Source: Candidatus Parcubacteria bacterium (GTDB lineage Bacteria > Patescibacteriota > Minisyncoccia > SW-4-49-11). Taken from it: DNA of 44,863 nt. Positions 28,343 to 37,091 of the stretch are shown one piece after another. A model generated the notes under the pieces. It was not told the origin of the DNA. It made no database searches and saw only the letters and a list, made by a program, of their open reading frames with translations. The DNA lies in assembly GCA_041164045.1 (NCBI GenBank), contig JBEAQD010000045.1, positions 1 through 44,863 on the forward strand. Reading direction: 5' to 3'. The position numbers and the translations under genes were made by a program. Positions within the stretch are counted from its first letter, which is position 1. Each line of letters begins with the position of its first letter.

Positions 28343-29623
28343 TTATTCTGACCTAAGCGCTTTGACTGGATTGAGTGTGGCGGCTTTGAGAGAGGGATAT
28401 ATACCTGCCAGTATACCTATGGTGATACTAATTGCAACTACAATTAGAGTAGATATTAGATCAAAGTTAAAGAAAGTGTCCACTTGGAATCCAATTTTAG
28501 TTAGCTCTTGAACTATAAATATATTCCCAACTTGCATACTGATTATTACTATCATTAGCCCAGTAATTCCTCCTAATAGTCCAATAATGGCTGATTGGAT
28601 CAAGAATACACTTAGAATCTGAGTATTAGAGGCTCCCATAGACTTTAGAATTCCAATTTCTTTGGTTTGCTCATAGATACTCATTATCATTGTATTGGTA
28701 ATTCCAATAGACGCAATCACGGCGGAGATAGCTCCAAAGACAAACAGAGCAATTGTAAATGCTTGAATAATATCATCTAGGAACCCTAACACATCATCTG
28801 CTGTAAATATACCTTGGAAATTATATTCCTCCTCAATTGCTGTCTTGATAGCTTCTAACTTATCTTCATCGCCTGTTACTCTTAATAAGTCATACCCAAC
28901 TGAAGAGACATACTCTTCCTCAGAATCAAAACCTCCAATATTTGCTAGGACCCCGACTGAGTTATCTAGTGAAATAATAGCATCATTCCTGTCTCTTCCA
29001 GGGTCAAAAACTCCTTTGATAGTATATTCAAATTGTTTGTCTAGAATTTCTTTAGTTTTGACTGTACCAAACAGAGCGCTTTTGGAGGTAATAAAAGTGA
29101 CTTTTTTATCTTCCATTTCCCTTGGACTAAGACCATAAAAATCAGCAACTGCTTTTGAGACAAAAATCTTATCTCCAGCAGGTTTAGACTTATCTCCCCA
29201 AAATTCTACAAAATAAGAATCCCCCCCTTCTATATCCCAACCAGAGATAAAGGCTGGGGCATAATTAATATCCTTATCTTCTAATTTTATTTCTAAATTA
29301 TTAACTACGGTAACAGGAGTTGTATTATTAACTCCATCAATTTGATTAATTTTATCTACTACTGTCTGAGTAATCAGTGTTGTCTCCGCAGGGTCAGTCT
29401 CTTCACTAGAGGGGGTAGTAAATGCTCCTGACCCACTTGAATTAGTAATAAATATTTCATTAGACTTGAATTGGTCTTGAATAGCTGAGACCAGAAGAGT
29501 TCGCAAATCCTGCATCCCAAAAATTATCAGAGACAATAAAATTACTGCAATAGTAATCCCAAGACTAGTTAGAATTGTACGGAGTTTTCGTCTTGCCACT
29601 AGGCTGATAGCATACTTAAACAT
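28343..29623 (-). CDS. ABC transporter permease, FtsX/MacB-like
   Basis: One N-terminal TM segment, a large extracytoplasmic domain, then 3 C-terminal TM segments containing the FtsX-type region (EIGILKSMGAS). Confidence 0.85.
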   Translation of the reverse strand: MFKYAISLVARRKLRTILTSLGITIAVILLSLIIFGMQDLRTLLVSAIQDQFKSNEIFITNSSGSGAFTTPSSEETDPAETTLITQTVVDKINQIDGVNNTTPVTVVNNLEIKLEDKDINYAPAFISGWDIEGGDSYFVEFWGDKSKPAGDKIFVSKAVADFYGLSPREMEDKKVTFITSKSALFGTVKTKEILDKQFEYTIKGVFDPGRDRNDAIISLDNSVGVLANIGGFDSEEEYVSSVGYDLLRVTGDEDKLEAIKTAIEEEYNFQGIFTADDVLGFLDDIIQAFTIALFVFGAISAVIASIGITNTMIMSIYEQTKEIGILKSMGASNTQILSVFLIQSAIIGLLGGITGLMIVIISMQVGNIFIVQELTKIGFQVDTFFNFDLISTLIVVAISITIGILAGIYPSLKAATLNPVKALRSE

Positions 29624-29627
29624 ATCT

Positions 29628-30296
29628 TTAAATATTATCTACTAATTTACCATCTCTCAAGAATAACTTCCTATCAATCCCCTCAGCTAAATGCAAATCA
29701 TGGGTGACCAAAAACATTGTCATATTCTCCTCAGCATTTAGTTCAAATAAAAGATGCATAATTTCTTTACCTGTAACCGAATCTAGATTACCTGTTGGCT
29801 CATCTGCCAGTAAAATCTCTGGCTTTGCTATCAGGGCTCTGGCAATAGCTACTCTTTGCATTTGTCCTCCAGATAATTCATTAGGTTTATGTTTTAGTCT
29901 ATCTGATAGTCCCACTTTATCCAATAGATATTTGGCTCTATCCTCGGCCTCTTTACCAGTTAATTGTTTTCCAAATTTGAGAGGTAATAATACATTTTCT
30001 AGAACATTGAGAGCTGAAATTAAATTGAATTGCTGAAAAATAGTCCCAACCTTGAATCTACGATATATATTAGGATTGTAGTCCTTAATATCCTTATTAT
30101 CTACAATTACCTGACCTTCATAAATTCTATCAAGCCCGCCTAGAATATTAAGCAAGGTAGATTTACCAGAACCAGAGCTACCTACAATAGCTACCATTTC
30201 TTTAGTCTCAGCTGCAAATGAAATATCATTCAAAGCCATAACCAGATTGTCTTTATTCATCTGATAAACTTTTTTGAGATTTTTTACTTCTATCAT
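29628..30296 (-). CDS. ABC transporter ATP-binding protein (MacB/LolD type)
   Basis: Contains Walker A GSSGSGKST, the signature LSGGQMQRVAIARAL and Walker B ILLADEPT. It overlaps the tkt stop by 4 nt. Confidence 0.9.
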   Translation of the reverse strand: MIEVKNLKKVYQMNKDNLVMALNDISFAAETKEMVAIVGSSGSGKSTLLNILGGLDRIYEGQVIVDNKDIKDYNPNIYRRFKVGTIFQQFNLISALNVLENVLLPLKFGKQLTGKEAEDRAKYLLDKVGLSDRLKHKPNELSGGQMQRVAIARALIAKPEILLADEPTGNLDSVTGKEIMHLLFELNAEENMTMFLVTHDLHLAEGIDRKLFLRDGKLVDNI

Positions 30297-32134
30297 ATAG
30301 CTTGTCTTAAAGTTTCTACTTGTTCTACAATACTATCTACATTAATCTGCTCAAACTGTAATAATTCCTCTGGAGTACCACTTCTTGGAATTTCTTGCAC
30401 TGAAAGGGATCTAATAGCAATATCTGTATCCTCTAATTCAGACCTAATAGCCTCTGCTATACCTCCCTCCTGATTATGGTCCTCTACTACTATCATACCT
30501 TTAGTCTCACGAGCAGCTAAATGTAATGTCGCCGTATCAAGAGGCTTTATACTATATAAATCTATCACTCTGACTCTAACTCCTCTTTCCTCCAGTATAT
30601 CATAAGCTTTGAGACATTCATAGAGTGTAATACCAGCTCCAACTAGAGTTATTTCATCCAAATCACTACTATATATAGTTTTACTTCCACCAATTACAAA
30701 ACTTTCATTATTAGGATATATTACCGGCAAGTCGGCTCTAGTTAACCGAAGATAACTCATACCATCATACAGATAGGCCTGTTCGGTTAATTTAAGAGTA
30801 GAAATAGCATCACTTGGGTATAATACTATAGACCCAAACATACCTCTAAAAAAAGCAATGTCATTGAGAGCCATTTGAGAAGGACCATCCGCTCCGATTG
30901 ATACCCCCGGATGAGTACCAACTATCACCATATTAGGATCATTATATTGAGCCATACGAATCTGATCATAAGCTCTTGTCAAGAAGCCAGCAAAAGATGA
31001 AACAAAAGGTTTTTTACCCGCCAAAGATAAACCTGTAGCTACTGAAATCATATTTTGCTCAGCAATAAACATCTCCAAAAATCTTGTAGAATCAATATGA
31101 CTTGCATAAGTAGAATTACTAACCTCAGCATCTAATACAATAATATCATTATAATTACTAGTCAAAAGTTTGATAGCCTCTCCAAAAGCTTTTCTTGGGG
31201 AGACCAAATCATCTAGATTATAATTAGGATAAATCAAACCCTCTAATTGCGGAGGAGTGTATTGAAAAGGAGTTAATTTCATAGGTGCCTCAATCTCAGC
31301 TCGAAAATCCAAATCCAAATTACCCAACTCCTCAATATAAACTTCGAATTGCTCTGAGGTTAAAGCCTTACCATGCCAATTATCTTTATCCTCGATAAGA
31401 GATATTCCCTTACCCTTAATAGTTTTTGCTAAGATTACAGTAGGCTTATCTGAATTTTTAGCTTGAGACAAAGCATCTAAAATTTGATCCAAATTATGCC
31501 CATCTATTAAAAGTACATTCCACCCAAAAGCCTCAAATCTGTTTTGATGAATTTCTAAATTATGCCCCTCCATAGTCTCCCCTCGCTGCCCTAGTCGATT
31601 CACATCTACTATTGCTATTAAGTTATTAAGATTATAATATGAGGCACTAGCAGCCGCTTCCCAAACCGAACCTTCTGCCAATTCACTGTCTCCCAGCATA
31701 ACGTAAGTATAAGAATCAATTTGGTCAAATTTTTTAGCATTAATGGCATACCCTATACCAATACCCAAACCCTGCCCCAGAGAACCAGTTGCAGCATCTG
31801 CAAAAATAAATCTACGGCTAGGATGCCCCTCCAAGACATTATCAAATTGTCTTAAACCTTGAATTTCCTCCGGAGTAATCACTCCTGCTAATAGCCAAAG
31901 ACTATATAAAAGTGGTGAGGCATGTCCTTTTGAAAGAATAAACCTATCATTATTAATATCTCTAGAATTATCAATGTCATATCTAAAATTATCACCAAAG
32001 AATAGCCCCACTCCTAATTCTACAGCTGAGAGAGATGAGCTTGGATGCCCTGAACCTGCCTGAGTAGTAGAATACAAAATCCAATATCTAACTAAATTAG
32101 ATATTTTTTCTAACTGACTAATTTTATATTTCAT
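30293..32134 (-). CDS. tkt: Transketolase
   Basis: Contains GSGHPSSSLS and the ThDP motif GDSELAEGSVWEA. Size is 613 aa. Confidence 0.9.
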   Translation of the reverse strand: MKYKISQLEKISNLVRYWILYSTTQAGSGHPSSSLSAVELGVGLFFGDNFRYDIDNSRDINNDRFILSKGHASPLLYSLWLLAGVITPEEIQGLRQFDNVLEGHPSRRFIFADAATGSLGQGLGIGIGYAINAKKFDQIDSYTYVMLGDSELAEGSVWEAAASASYYNLNNLIAIVDVNRLGQRGETMEGHNLEIHQNRFEAFGWNVLLIDGHNLDQILDALSQAKNSDKPTVILAKTIKGKGISLIEDKDNWHGKALTSEQFEVYIEELGNLDLDFRAEIEAPMKLTPFQYTPPQLEGLIYPNYNLDDLVSPRKAFGEAIKLLTSNYNDIIVLDAEVSNSTYASHIDSTRFLEMFIAEQNMISVATGLSLAGKKPFVSSFAGFLTRAYDQIRMAQYNDPNMVIVGTHPGVSIGADGPSQMALNDIAFFRGMFGSIVLYPSDAISTLKLTEQAYLYDGMSYLRLTRADLPVIYPNNESFVIGGSKTIYSSDLDEITLVGAGITLYECLKAYDILEERGVRVRVIDLYSIKPLDTATLHLAARETKGMIVVEDHNQEGGIAEAIRSELEDTDIAIRSLSVQEIPRSGTPEELLQFEQINVDSIVEQVETLRQAI

Positions 32135-32594
32135 ATTCTGGATTATTATTTTCTAATTCTGTAATTTTGGATACTCTTCTGATATGCCTATCCTGATAAG
32201 AAGGCTCGGTCTCAATAAAAGTCCCCACTATATCAGGAATAGACTCCACAGGCAATGCCGATGATAAAGCCAAAATATTAATATGATTATGAGCTCTTGC
32301 AATGGCAGTAGTCTCAATAGAATCTAATAAAGCAGCCCTTGCTCCCATAATCTTATTAGCTGTAATGCTAACACCAACTCCAGTTCCACAAATCACAATA
32401 CCTAGAGAATTAGTATCCTCTACCACTCTTTTTGCAACCTCCGAGGCATAGTCAGGATAATCATCATCAATATCATAAATTGTATTACCGCAATCCACTA
32501 CTTGTAAATCTAAAGTTTGCAAATATATAATTATTTCTTGTTTGAGATTGAACCCTCTATGATCTGATCCTATATAAATTGTATCTATTTTCAT
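32124..32594 (-). CDS. rpiB: Ribose-5-phosphate isomerase B (RpiB/LacAB family)
   Basis: Contains MKIDTIYIGSDHRGF and ICGTGVGVSITANK. I prefer the start at 32594, because the longer ORF would overlap the ruvA 3' end. Confidence 0.85.
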   Translation of the reverse strand: MKIDTIYIGSDHRGFNLKQEIIIYLQTLDLQVVDCGNTIYDIDDDYPDYASEVAKRVVEDTNSLGIVICGTGVGVSITANKIMGARAALLDSIETTAIARAHNHINILALSSALPVESIPDIVGTFIETEPSYQDRHIRRVSKITELENNNPEYEI

Positions 32595-32604
32595 ACTATT
32601 ATGA

Positions 32605-33198
32605 TTATTTTTGTAATAATTTGAGTGCCAAGCGAATTTGTTCTGAGACATCCAGAGTATTATCTATACTAGAGATAACTTTCTGAATTTGAGAAGGTTT
32701 ATACCCAAGAGACTCCAAAGCATCCCATAAATCTTGAGTAGATTGAGAAGAAGCAGAATTCGTCGCATCACTCTCCCCAAAATCAGAACTATACAAACCA
32801 CCTAATTTATCCCTAAGCTCTAAAATAATTCTCTCAGCAGTTTTTTTACCGATCCCAGAGGCTTGATTGAGAACACTAATTCTCTCCTGCTGAATTGCCT
32901 GCATAATAGCCTCAGGCTGGTCCAAATCTAGAATTGCAAGAGCACTTTTTGCTCCCACTCCGTTCACCGAGATTAGATACTTGAATAATTCAAAAGAAAT
33001 CATATCCAAAAATCCAAACAAGGTAAGACTATCCTCTTTCACATCAAGATAAGTTATAAGTGAAATCTCATCACCCACAACTCCAATAGAAGAAAAAGTT
33101 ATTCCATTAACCAAAACACTATAACCAACCCCATTGACATTAACAATTAGATTATTATTTTGTTTGTATTGAATTGTCCCAGATAGACTAGCAATCAT
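32605..33198 (-). CDS. ruvA: Holliday junction branch migration protein RuvA
   Basis: Begins MIASLSGTI. It has HhH motifs (LISVNGVGAKSALAIL, ASGIGKKTAERIILEL) and a C-terminal domain III. Confidence 0.9.
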   Translation of the reverse strand: MIASLSGTIQYKQNNNLIVNVNGVGYSVLVNGITFSSIGVVGDEISLITYLDVKEDSLTLFGFLDMISFELFKYLISVNGVGAKSALAILDLDQPEAIMQAIQQERISVLNQASGIGKKTAERIILELRDKLGGLYSSDFGESDATNSASSQSTQDLWDALESLGYKPSQIQKVISSIDNTLDVSEQIRLALKLLQK

Positions 33199-33220
33199 AA
33201 GTATTTTTATTATCTAATAT

Positions 33221-33229
33221 ATTATATCA
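33221..33229 (-). promoter_or_regulatory. Extended -10 (TGATATAAT) for ruvA
   Basis: The reverse complement of ATTATATCA at 33221-33229 is TGATATAAT, 22 nt upstream of the ruvA ATG. Confidence 0.6.
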
Positions 33230-33255
33230 TAAATAATAGAAAATTTATAGTTTTT

Positions 33256-33375
33256 GCAGAATCGTGGACATTGCTTATTCGTAGCGGAGGATTTATCTAT
33301 CCAGAATGTCCATCTCCTCCCTACCTACCTCAGGCAGGCAAAGGAGGAAAGTTATTTTTATAATTCGTAATTATC
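33256..33375. repeat. GC-rich island D in the ruvA/peroxiredoxin divergent spacer
   Basis: An 8-bp stem pairs TGGACATT (33265-33272) with AATGTCCA (33305-33312) and encloses TTCGTAGCGGAGG (33278-33290). The sequence CTCCTCC...GGAGGAA follows. The island ends in TTTTTATAATTCGTAATT, which resembles the AAAAATAATTCTTAATT tail of islands B and C. Confidence 0.5.
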
Positions 33376-33383
33376 TAAATCTA

Positions 33384-33392
33384 TGTTATAAT
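33384..33392 (+). promoter_or_regulatory. Extended -10 (TGTTATAAT) for the peroxiredoxin gene
   Basis: TGTTATAAT at 33384-33392 lies 48 nt upstream of the ATG at 33441. This supports the shorter start. Confidence 0.55.
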
Positions 33393-33440
33393 ATATGTGG
33401 TATCATTTTATACCGCATTATTAAATTAAATAAAATCATT

Positions 33441-33962
33441 ATGATCAAAGTAGGACAACCAGCTCCTGATTTCACTCTCCAAGGGTATCAGGACGGAAAA
33501 TTTGCAGAATATTCTCTATCCCAAATCACTGGTTCTGGAAAATGGGTGGTATTATTCTTCTATCCTCTAGACTTTACTTTTGTATGTCCAACTGAAATTA
33601 CTGGATTTAACAAAAAAATAGAGGAATTTGATAAGTTAGGAGCTCAAGTATTGGGAGCTAGTGTTGATAGCGTTCACTCTCACAAAGCTTGGGTAGAAAA
33701 AGACTTAGGTAAATTAGAATTTCCTCTACTATCTGATTTCAAAAAAGAAACTGCTGATAGCTACAATATTCTAGTAGATGAAGATGGTGGTGTTGCTCTG
33801 AGAGGAACCTTCATCATTGACCCTAATGGAATCTTGAGATATTCTGTTGTATCTGACTTGAATGTAGGACGAAGTATTGATGAGACTGTCAGAGTATTGT
33901 CAGCTCTTAAAAATGGAGGTCTATGTCCAGTAGAATGGGAAGAAGGAGAAGCTACTTTGTAA
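33441..33962 (+). CDS. 2-Cys peroxiredoxin (AhpC/Tsa type)
   Basis: Begins MIKVGQPAPDF. The peroxidatic Cys is in FTFVCPTEI and the resolving Cys in GLCPVEW. The 45-codon N-terminal extension in the ORF track runs through the promoter and island D and looks spurious. Confidence 0.88.
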   Translation: MIKVGQPAPDFTLQGYQDGKFAEYSLSQITGSGKWVVLFFYPLDFTFVCPTEITGFNKKIEEFDKLGAQVLGASVDSVHSHKAWVEKDLGKLEFPLLSDFKKETADSYNILVDEDGGVALRGTFIIDPNGILRYSVVSDLNVGRSIDETVRVLSALKNGGLCPVEWEEGEATL

Positions 33963-33988
33963 GAGCTAGACTTTTATTTTAGTACTAT

Positions 33989-34014
33989 AAAAGACGGTTT
34001 AATAACCGTCTTTT
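33989..34014. terminator. Bidirectional intrinsic terminator between the peroxiredoxin and Grx-like genes
   Basis: A 9-bp stem pairs AAAAGACGG (33989-33997) with CCGTCTTTT (34006-34014). A/T runs on both sides could serve either convergent gene. Confidence 0.6.
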
Positions 34015-34047
34015 ATGTTTATATTCAAATCCTATTAGATGATATAA

Positions 34048-34293
34048 TTATGCCTCTATTCCAACTAATTTAGCTAAAGTAGCTCTATCATAACCGATTA
34101 GAATTTGTCCATCTACATCAATGACAGGTACTCCCATTTGACCACTTTTTTCTACTAGCTCATTTCGCTTTTCAGCATCAGCCGCAACATTATAGTCAAC
34201 AAAAGGAATATTATTATCAGCTAAGAATTCTTTAGCTTGTTTACAGAATCCACAAGTTGGGGTTGAATAGATTTCTATCTTCGGTGTGCTCAT
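34048..34293 (-). CDS. Glutaredoxin-like / NrdH-like small redoxin
   Basis: 81 aa with the CGFC active site (YSTPTCGFCKQAKEFL) and GVPVI. Confidence 0.8.
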   Translation of the reverse strand: MSTPKIEIYSTPTCGFCKQAKEFLADNNIPFVDYNVAADAEKRNELVEKSGQMGVPVIDVDGQILIGYDRATLAKLVGIEA

Positions 34294-34322
34294 AATTTTA
34301 TACTTAAATTCAATACAATTTT

Positions 34323-34331
34323 ATTATATCA
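34323..34331 (-). promoter_or_regulatory. Extended -10 (TGATATAAT) for the Grx-like gene
   Basis: The reverse complement of ATTATATCA at 34323-34331 is TGATATAAT, 29 nt upstream of the ATG at 34293. Confidence 0.6.
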
Positions 34332-34334
34332 TAA

Positions 34335-35081
34335 TTATTCTAAAAATCCATCTAAATATTGTTGGAAAGTTGCAATTGGCAAAGCCCCTGCTATTCTAAT
34401 TCCTCCAGTTAATTTACCATTTTCTAATTTACCAATCAAGAATCCTGGAGTTCCATTTACCCCATTTTGATTAGCAAATTCAATACTAGCTTTAACTTTA
34501 TCTAAAGTTTGTTGTTCTTTGAGACAAGTATCAAATTTGGCTGTATCTAAGTCTTTGATTTCTTTAGCCAATTCATTTAGTTTAGACTCTTTCATTCCAT
34601 CTCCACCGCTTTCGGTATTGGCAAAAATTAAATCTATATAATCAAAATATGCCTTATTACCTTTTTGTTCATATACACATTGAGCAGCTACGGCTTGTTT
34701 GGTAGCTAATGGATCATGAAAGTCTAAAGGATAATCTTTCCAAGCTAAGATGGCTTTACCTGAATCTACATATTGCTCAATTATATCTGGACGAGACCCT
34801 TCGTGAAATCTTTTACAAAATGGGCATTCAAAATCACTAAACTCAATGATAGCAATTTTGGCTTCTGATTTTTTACCAAGATATGGAGTGTCTTCTGAAA
34901 TATCTACATTGATATCTCTTGCCTCAATTGGATCATTTTGTTCTGCTGGAGCATTATTAGCTGTATTGGTATTATTACTAAGACCTCTTGATTGAACACC
35001 ATTATATAAGATAGCCGCTGCAATCATCATACCTGATAAAAGGATTGAGGACGTTACTAAGAGAATTGATTTATTTTCCAT
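34335..35081 (-). CDS. Membrane-anchored DsbA-family thiol:disulfide oxidoreductase
   Basis: Has an N-terminal TM anchor, the CPFC active site (FSDFECPFCKRF) and a DsbA-like helical insert. Confidence 0.8.
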   Translation of the reverse strand: MENKSILLVTSSILLSGMMIAAAILYNGVQSRGLSNNTNTANNAPAEQNDPIEARDINVDISEDTPYLGKKSEAKIAIIEFSDFECPFCKRFHEGSRPDIIEQYVDSGKAILAWKDYPLDFHDPLATKQAVAAQCVYEQKGNKAYFDYIDLIFANTESGGDGMKESKLNELAKEIKDLDTAKFDTCLKEQQTLDKVKASIEFANQNGVNGTPGFLIGKLENGKLTGGIRIAGALPIATFQQYLDGFLE

Positions 35082-35110
35082 ATTATATTATGCTATCTTA
35101 TATAGATATA

Positions 35111-35119
35111 ATTATAGCA
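35111..35119 (-). promoter_or_regulatory. Extended -10 (TGCTATAAT) for the DsbA-like gene
   Basis: The reverse complement of ATTATAGCA at 35111-35119 is TGCTATAAT, 29 nt upstream of the ATG at 35081. Confidence 0.55.
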
Positions 35120-35176
35120 TAAGTTTTTATCTATACCAAAATAATTTACAAAACCATATTAAATAACAATATTACT

Positions 35177-36115
35177 ATGATTTATGACACAATTATTATC
35201 GGAGGTGGACCTACAGGTACAGCAGCTTCTATTTATGCTGCTCGTAAAATGCTAAAAGCTATCTTGATTACAGATAGCTTCGGGGGACAATCTGTGGTTT
35301 CTAACGATATTGATAACTGGATTGGAGACATTAGAATATCTGGTTTTGATTTAGCTCAAAAATTTGAAGCTCATATCAAAGCTCAGGCAGGGCTTGAGAC
35401 TTTGGTAGATAGAGTTACCAAGATTGACCAGATATCAGATAATCCTTATCCTATTTATGAAGTAAATACTGAGAGCGGGAAAACTTTTCAAGCTAAGACT
35501 CTTATTCTTGGTATGGGAGCTCACAGAAGAAAATTAAATGTCCCTGGAGAGGAAGAGTTTGGTGCTAAAGGTGTGGCTTATTGTGCGACTTGTGATGCTC
35601 CGTTTTTTGAAGGTAAAAGAGTAGCTGTAGTAGGTGGAGGAAATTCTGGATTGGAGAGTACTCTTGATTTGCTCTCTTATGCTAGTGAGGTTTACCTATT
35701 CAATCGCAGTGATGAGCTCAAAGGAGACCCTCAGACCGCTGAGAAAATCCAAAACCATCCTAATTTCAAAGGAATACTTTATAACACTGTTGTCACTGAT
35801 ATATTCGGAGAAAAACTAATGACAGGGATACATTATCAGAATTTATTAACTCAAGAAGTTACAAAATTAGCTTTGGATGGACTATTTATAGAAATTGGAT
35901 CTTTGCCAAATTCAGATATGGTCAAGCATTTAGTTGATATCAATGAAATCGGAGAAGTAATTATTGATCACAAATATTCCTCTACCTCACGAGCTGGAAT
36001 ATTCGCCGCTGGAGACATAACAGATGAGGCTTATAAGCAGAATAATATATCTGCTGGAGATGCTGTCAAAGCTGCTCTCTCAGCTTATAACTATATTCAT
36101 AAGTTGGAGAGATAG
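35177..36115 (+). CDS. trxB: Thioredoxin-disulfide reductase
   Basis: Contains the FAD motif IIIGGGPTG, the redox centre CATCDAPFF and the NADPH motif VVGGGNSGLE. Confidence 0.9.
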   Translation: MIYDTIIIGGGPTGTAASIYAARKMLKAILITDSFGGQSVVSNDIDNWIGDIRISGFDLAQKFEAHIKAQAGLETLVDRVTKIDQISDNPYPIYEVNTESGKTFQAKTLILGMGAHRRKLNVPGEEEFGAKGVAYCATCDAPFFEGKRVAVVGGGNSGLESTLDLLSYASEVYLFNRSDELKGDPQTAEKIQNHPNFKGILYNTVVTDIFGEKLMTGIHYQNLLTQEVTKLALDGLFIEIGSLPNSDMVKHLVDINEIGEVIIDHKYSSTSRAGIFAAGDITDEAYKQNNISAGDAVKAALSAYNYIHKLER

Positions 36116-36126
36116 GGATAAAAGAA

Positions 36127-36160
36127 AAGAGCTATCTTTATTATACGATAGCTCTTTTTG
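36127..36160. terminator. Intrinsic terminator after trxB (could serve both convergent genes)
   Basis: A 10-bp stem pairs AAGAGCTATC (36127-36136) with GATAGCTCTT (36147-36156), followed by a T-run. Confidence 0.7.
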
Positions 36161-36161
36161 A

Positions 36162-36452
36162 TTACTCACAGGGTAGTGAGTATAGGATCATTATATTCCC
36201 TTTAGAGTCTTCAATTTCGATCGGATCTCCTGGACTCAAAATTATATAGTTTGAATCTATAGGATGACTAATTATTTCATTACAACGAGCAGCATACACT
36301 TCATAAATATTCGCACCATGTTGTATGGAGATTGTTGTTCCGTGTTTTACTCTCAAGGCATTATAAGTTTTATCTAAATTAGATGGACTTGCTAGTGTGA
36401 ATTGAGGTAAAAATAATATAATTGCTAGACATCTAACAATTAATCTATGCAT
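36162..36452 (-). CDS. Small secreted hypothetical protein
   Basis: Starting at MHRLIVRCLAIILFLPQFTLASPS gives a signal peptide. The mature part is about 70 aa with two Cys residues, and I recognise no motif. The start choice is uncertain; the ORF extends to 36509. Confidence 0.5.
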   Translation of the reverse strand: MHRLIVRCLAIILFLPQFTLASPSNLDKTYNALRVKHGTTISIQHGANIYEVYAARCNEIISHPIDSNYIILSPGDPIEIEDSKGNIMILYSLPCE

Positions 36453-36523
36453 GTGATTAAGGTACAAAAGTGACACCTCTAATATAACACAAAAGTCAAA
36501 TCTAGACAATCAGATACATAGTA

Positions 36524-37081
36524 TTACCTCCCCATAAACTCCTTAAAAACCTGAGTCTTCTCCAATAGTCTCAACTCCTCTTTGCACCATTCTGAGAAAG
36601 TGATCTCGTCCGCAAAGGCACGGGCTACAAACTCATCCCAAGTGATCCACTCATAATTCTCTACCTCCTCGGGGTGGGGGGTGATCGTGTCTGAGCTAAT
36701 CCCAAAGTAAATGGGACAAATTTCATTTTCTACTACTCCATCTCGCTCAAAGCGATAGCGATAAGGCGAAGCCTCTACTAAAAGCTCAAAATTCTCTACT
36801 CCAAGTTCAAATTTAGCTCTTCTCCTAACTGCATCAATTGTCTTCTCGCCAAGTTCCGGATGTCCACAACAACTATTAGACCAGACAAGTGGCCAAGTCT
36901 TTTTACCTGACCATCGCTGCTGAATTAAAAATTTTTTATCCTCAGGACGAAAAAGAAAAAGAGAAAAAGCTCGATGTAGTGGAGTATTAAGAGTATGTAC
37001 CTCAGATTTAGGGGCTACTCCTATTACTTCATCGAGCTCTGTTACTAGAACTACATGTTCAAAGTCTGGTTTTTGTAACAT
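36524..37081 (-). CDS. idi: Isopentenyl-diphosphate delta-isomerase, type 1 (Nudix fold)
   Basis: Contains HRAFSLFLF, WSNSCCGHP (catalytic Cys region) and a Nudix-like E-rich segment. Size is 185 aa. Confidence 0.85.
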   Translation of the reverse strand: MLQKPDFEHVVLVTELDEVIGVAPKSEVHTLNTPLHRAFSLFLFRPEDKKFLIQQRWSGKKTWPLVWSNSCCGHPELGEKTIDAVRRRAKFELGVENFELLVEASPYRYRFERDGVVENEICPIYFGISSDTITPHPEEVENYEWITWDEFVARAFADEITFSEWCKEELRLLEKTQVFKEFMGR

Positions 37082-37091
37082 TTAGCTAGCT

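Noticed and set aside
33360-33374. The palindrome ATAATTcgtAATTAT as a PerR/Fur-type operator of the peroxiredoxin gene.
   Set aside because: The half-site spacing does not fit the 7-1-7 PerR/Fur box. Nearly the same AT-rich tail (ATAATTCTTAATTG) ends islands B and C in unrelated contexts, so it is more likely part of the repeat element. It is kept only as a remark under island D.
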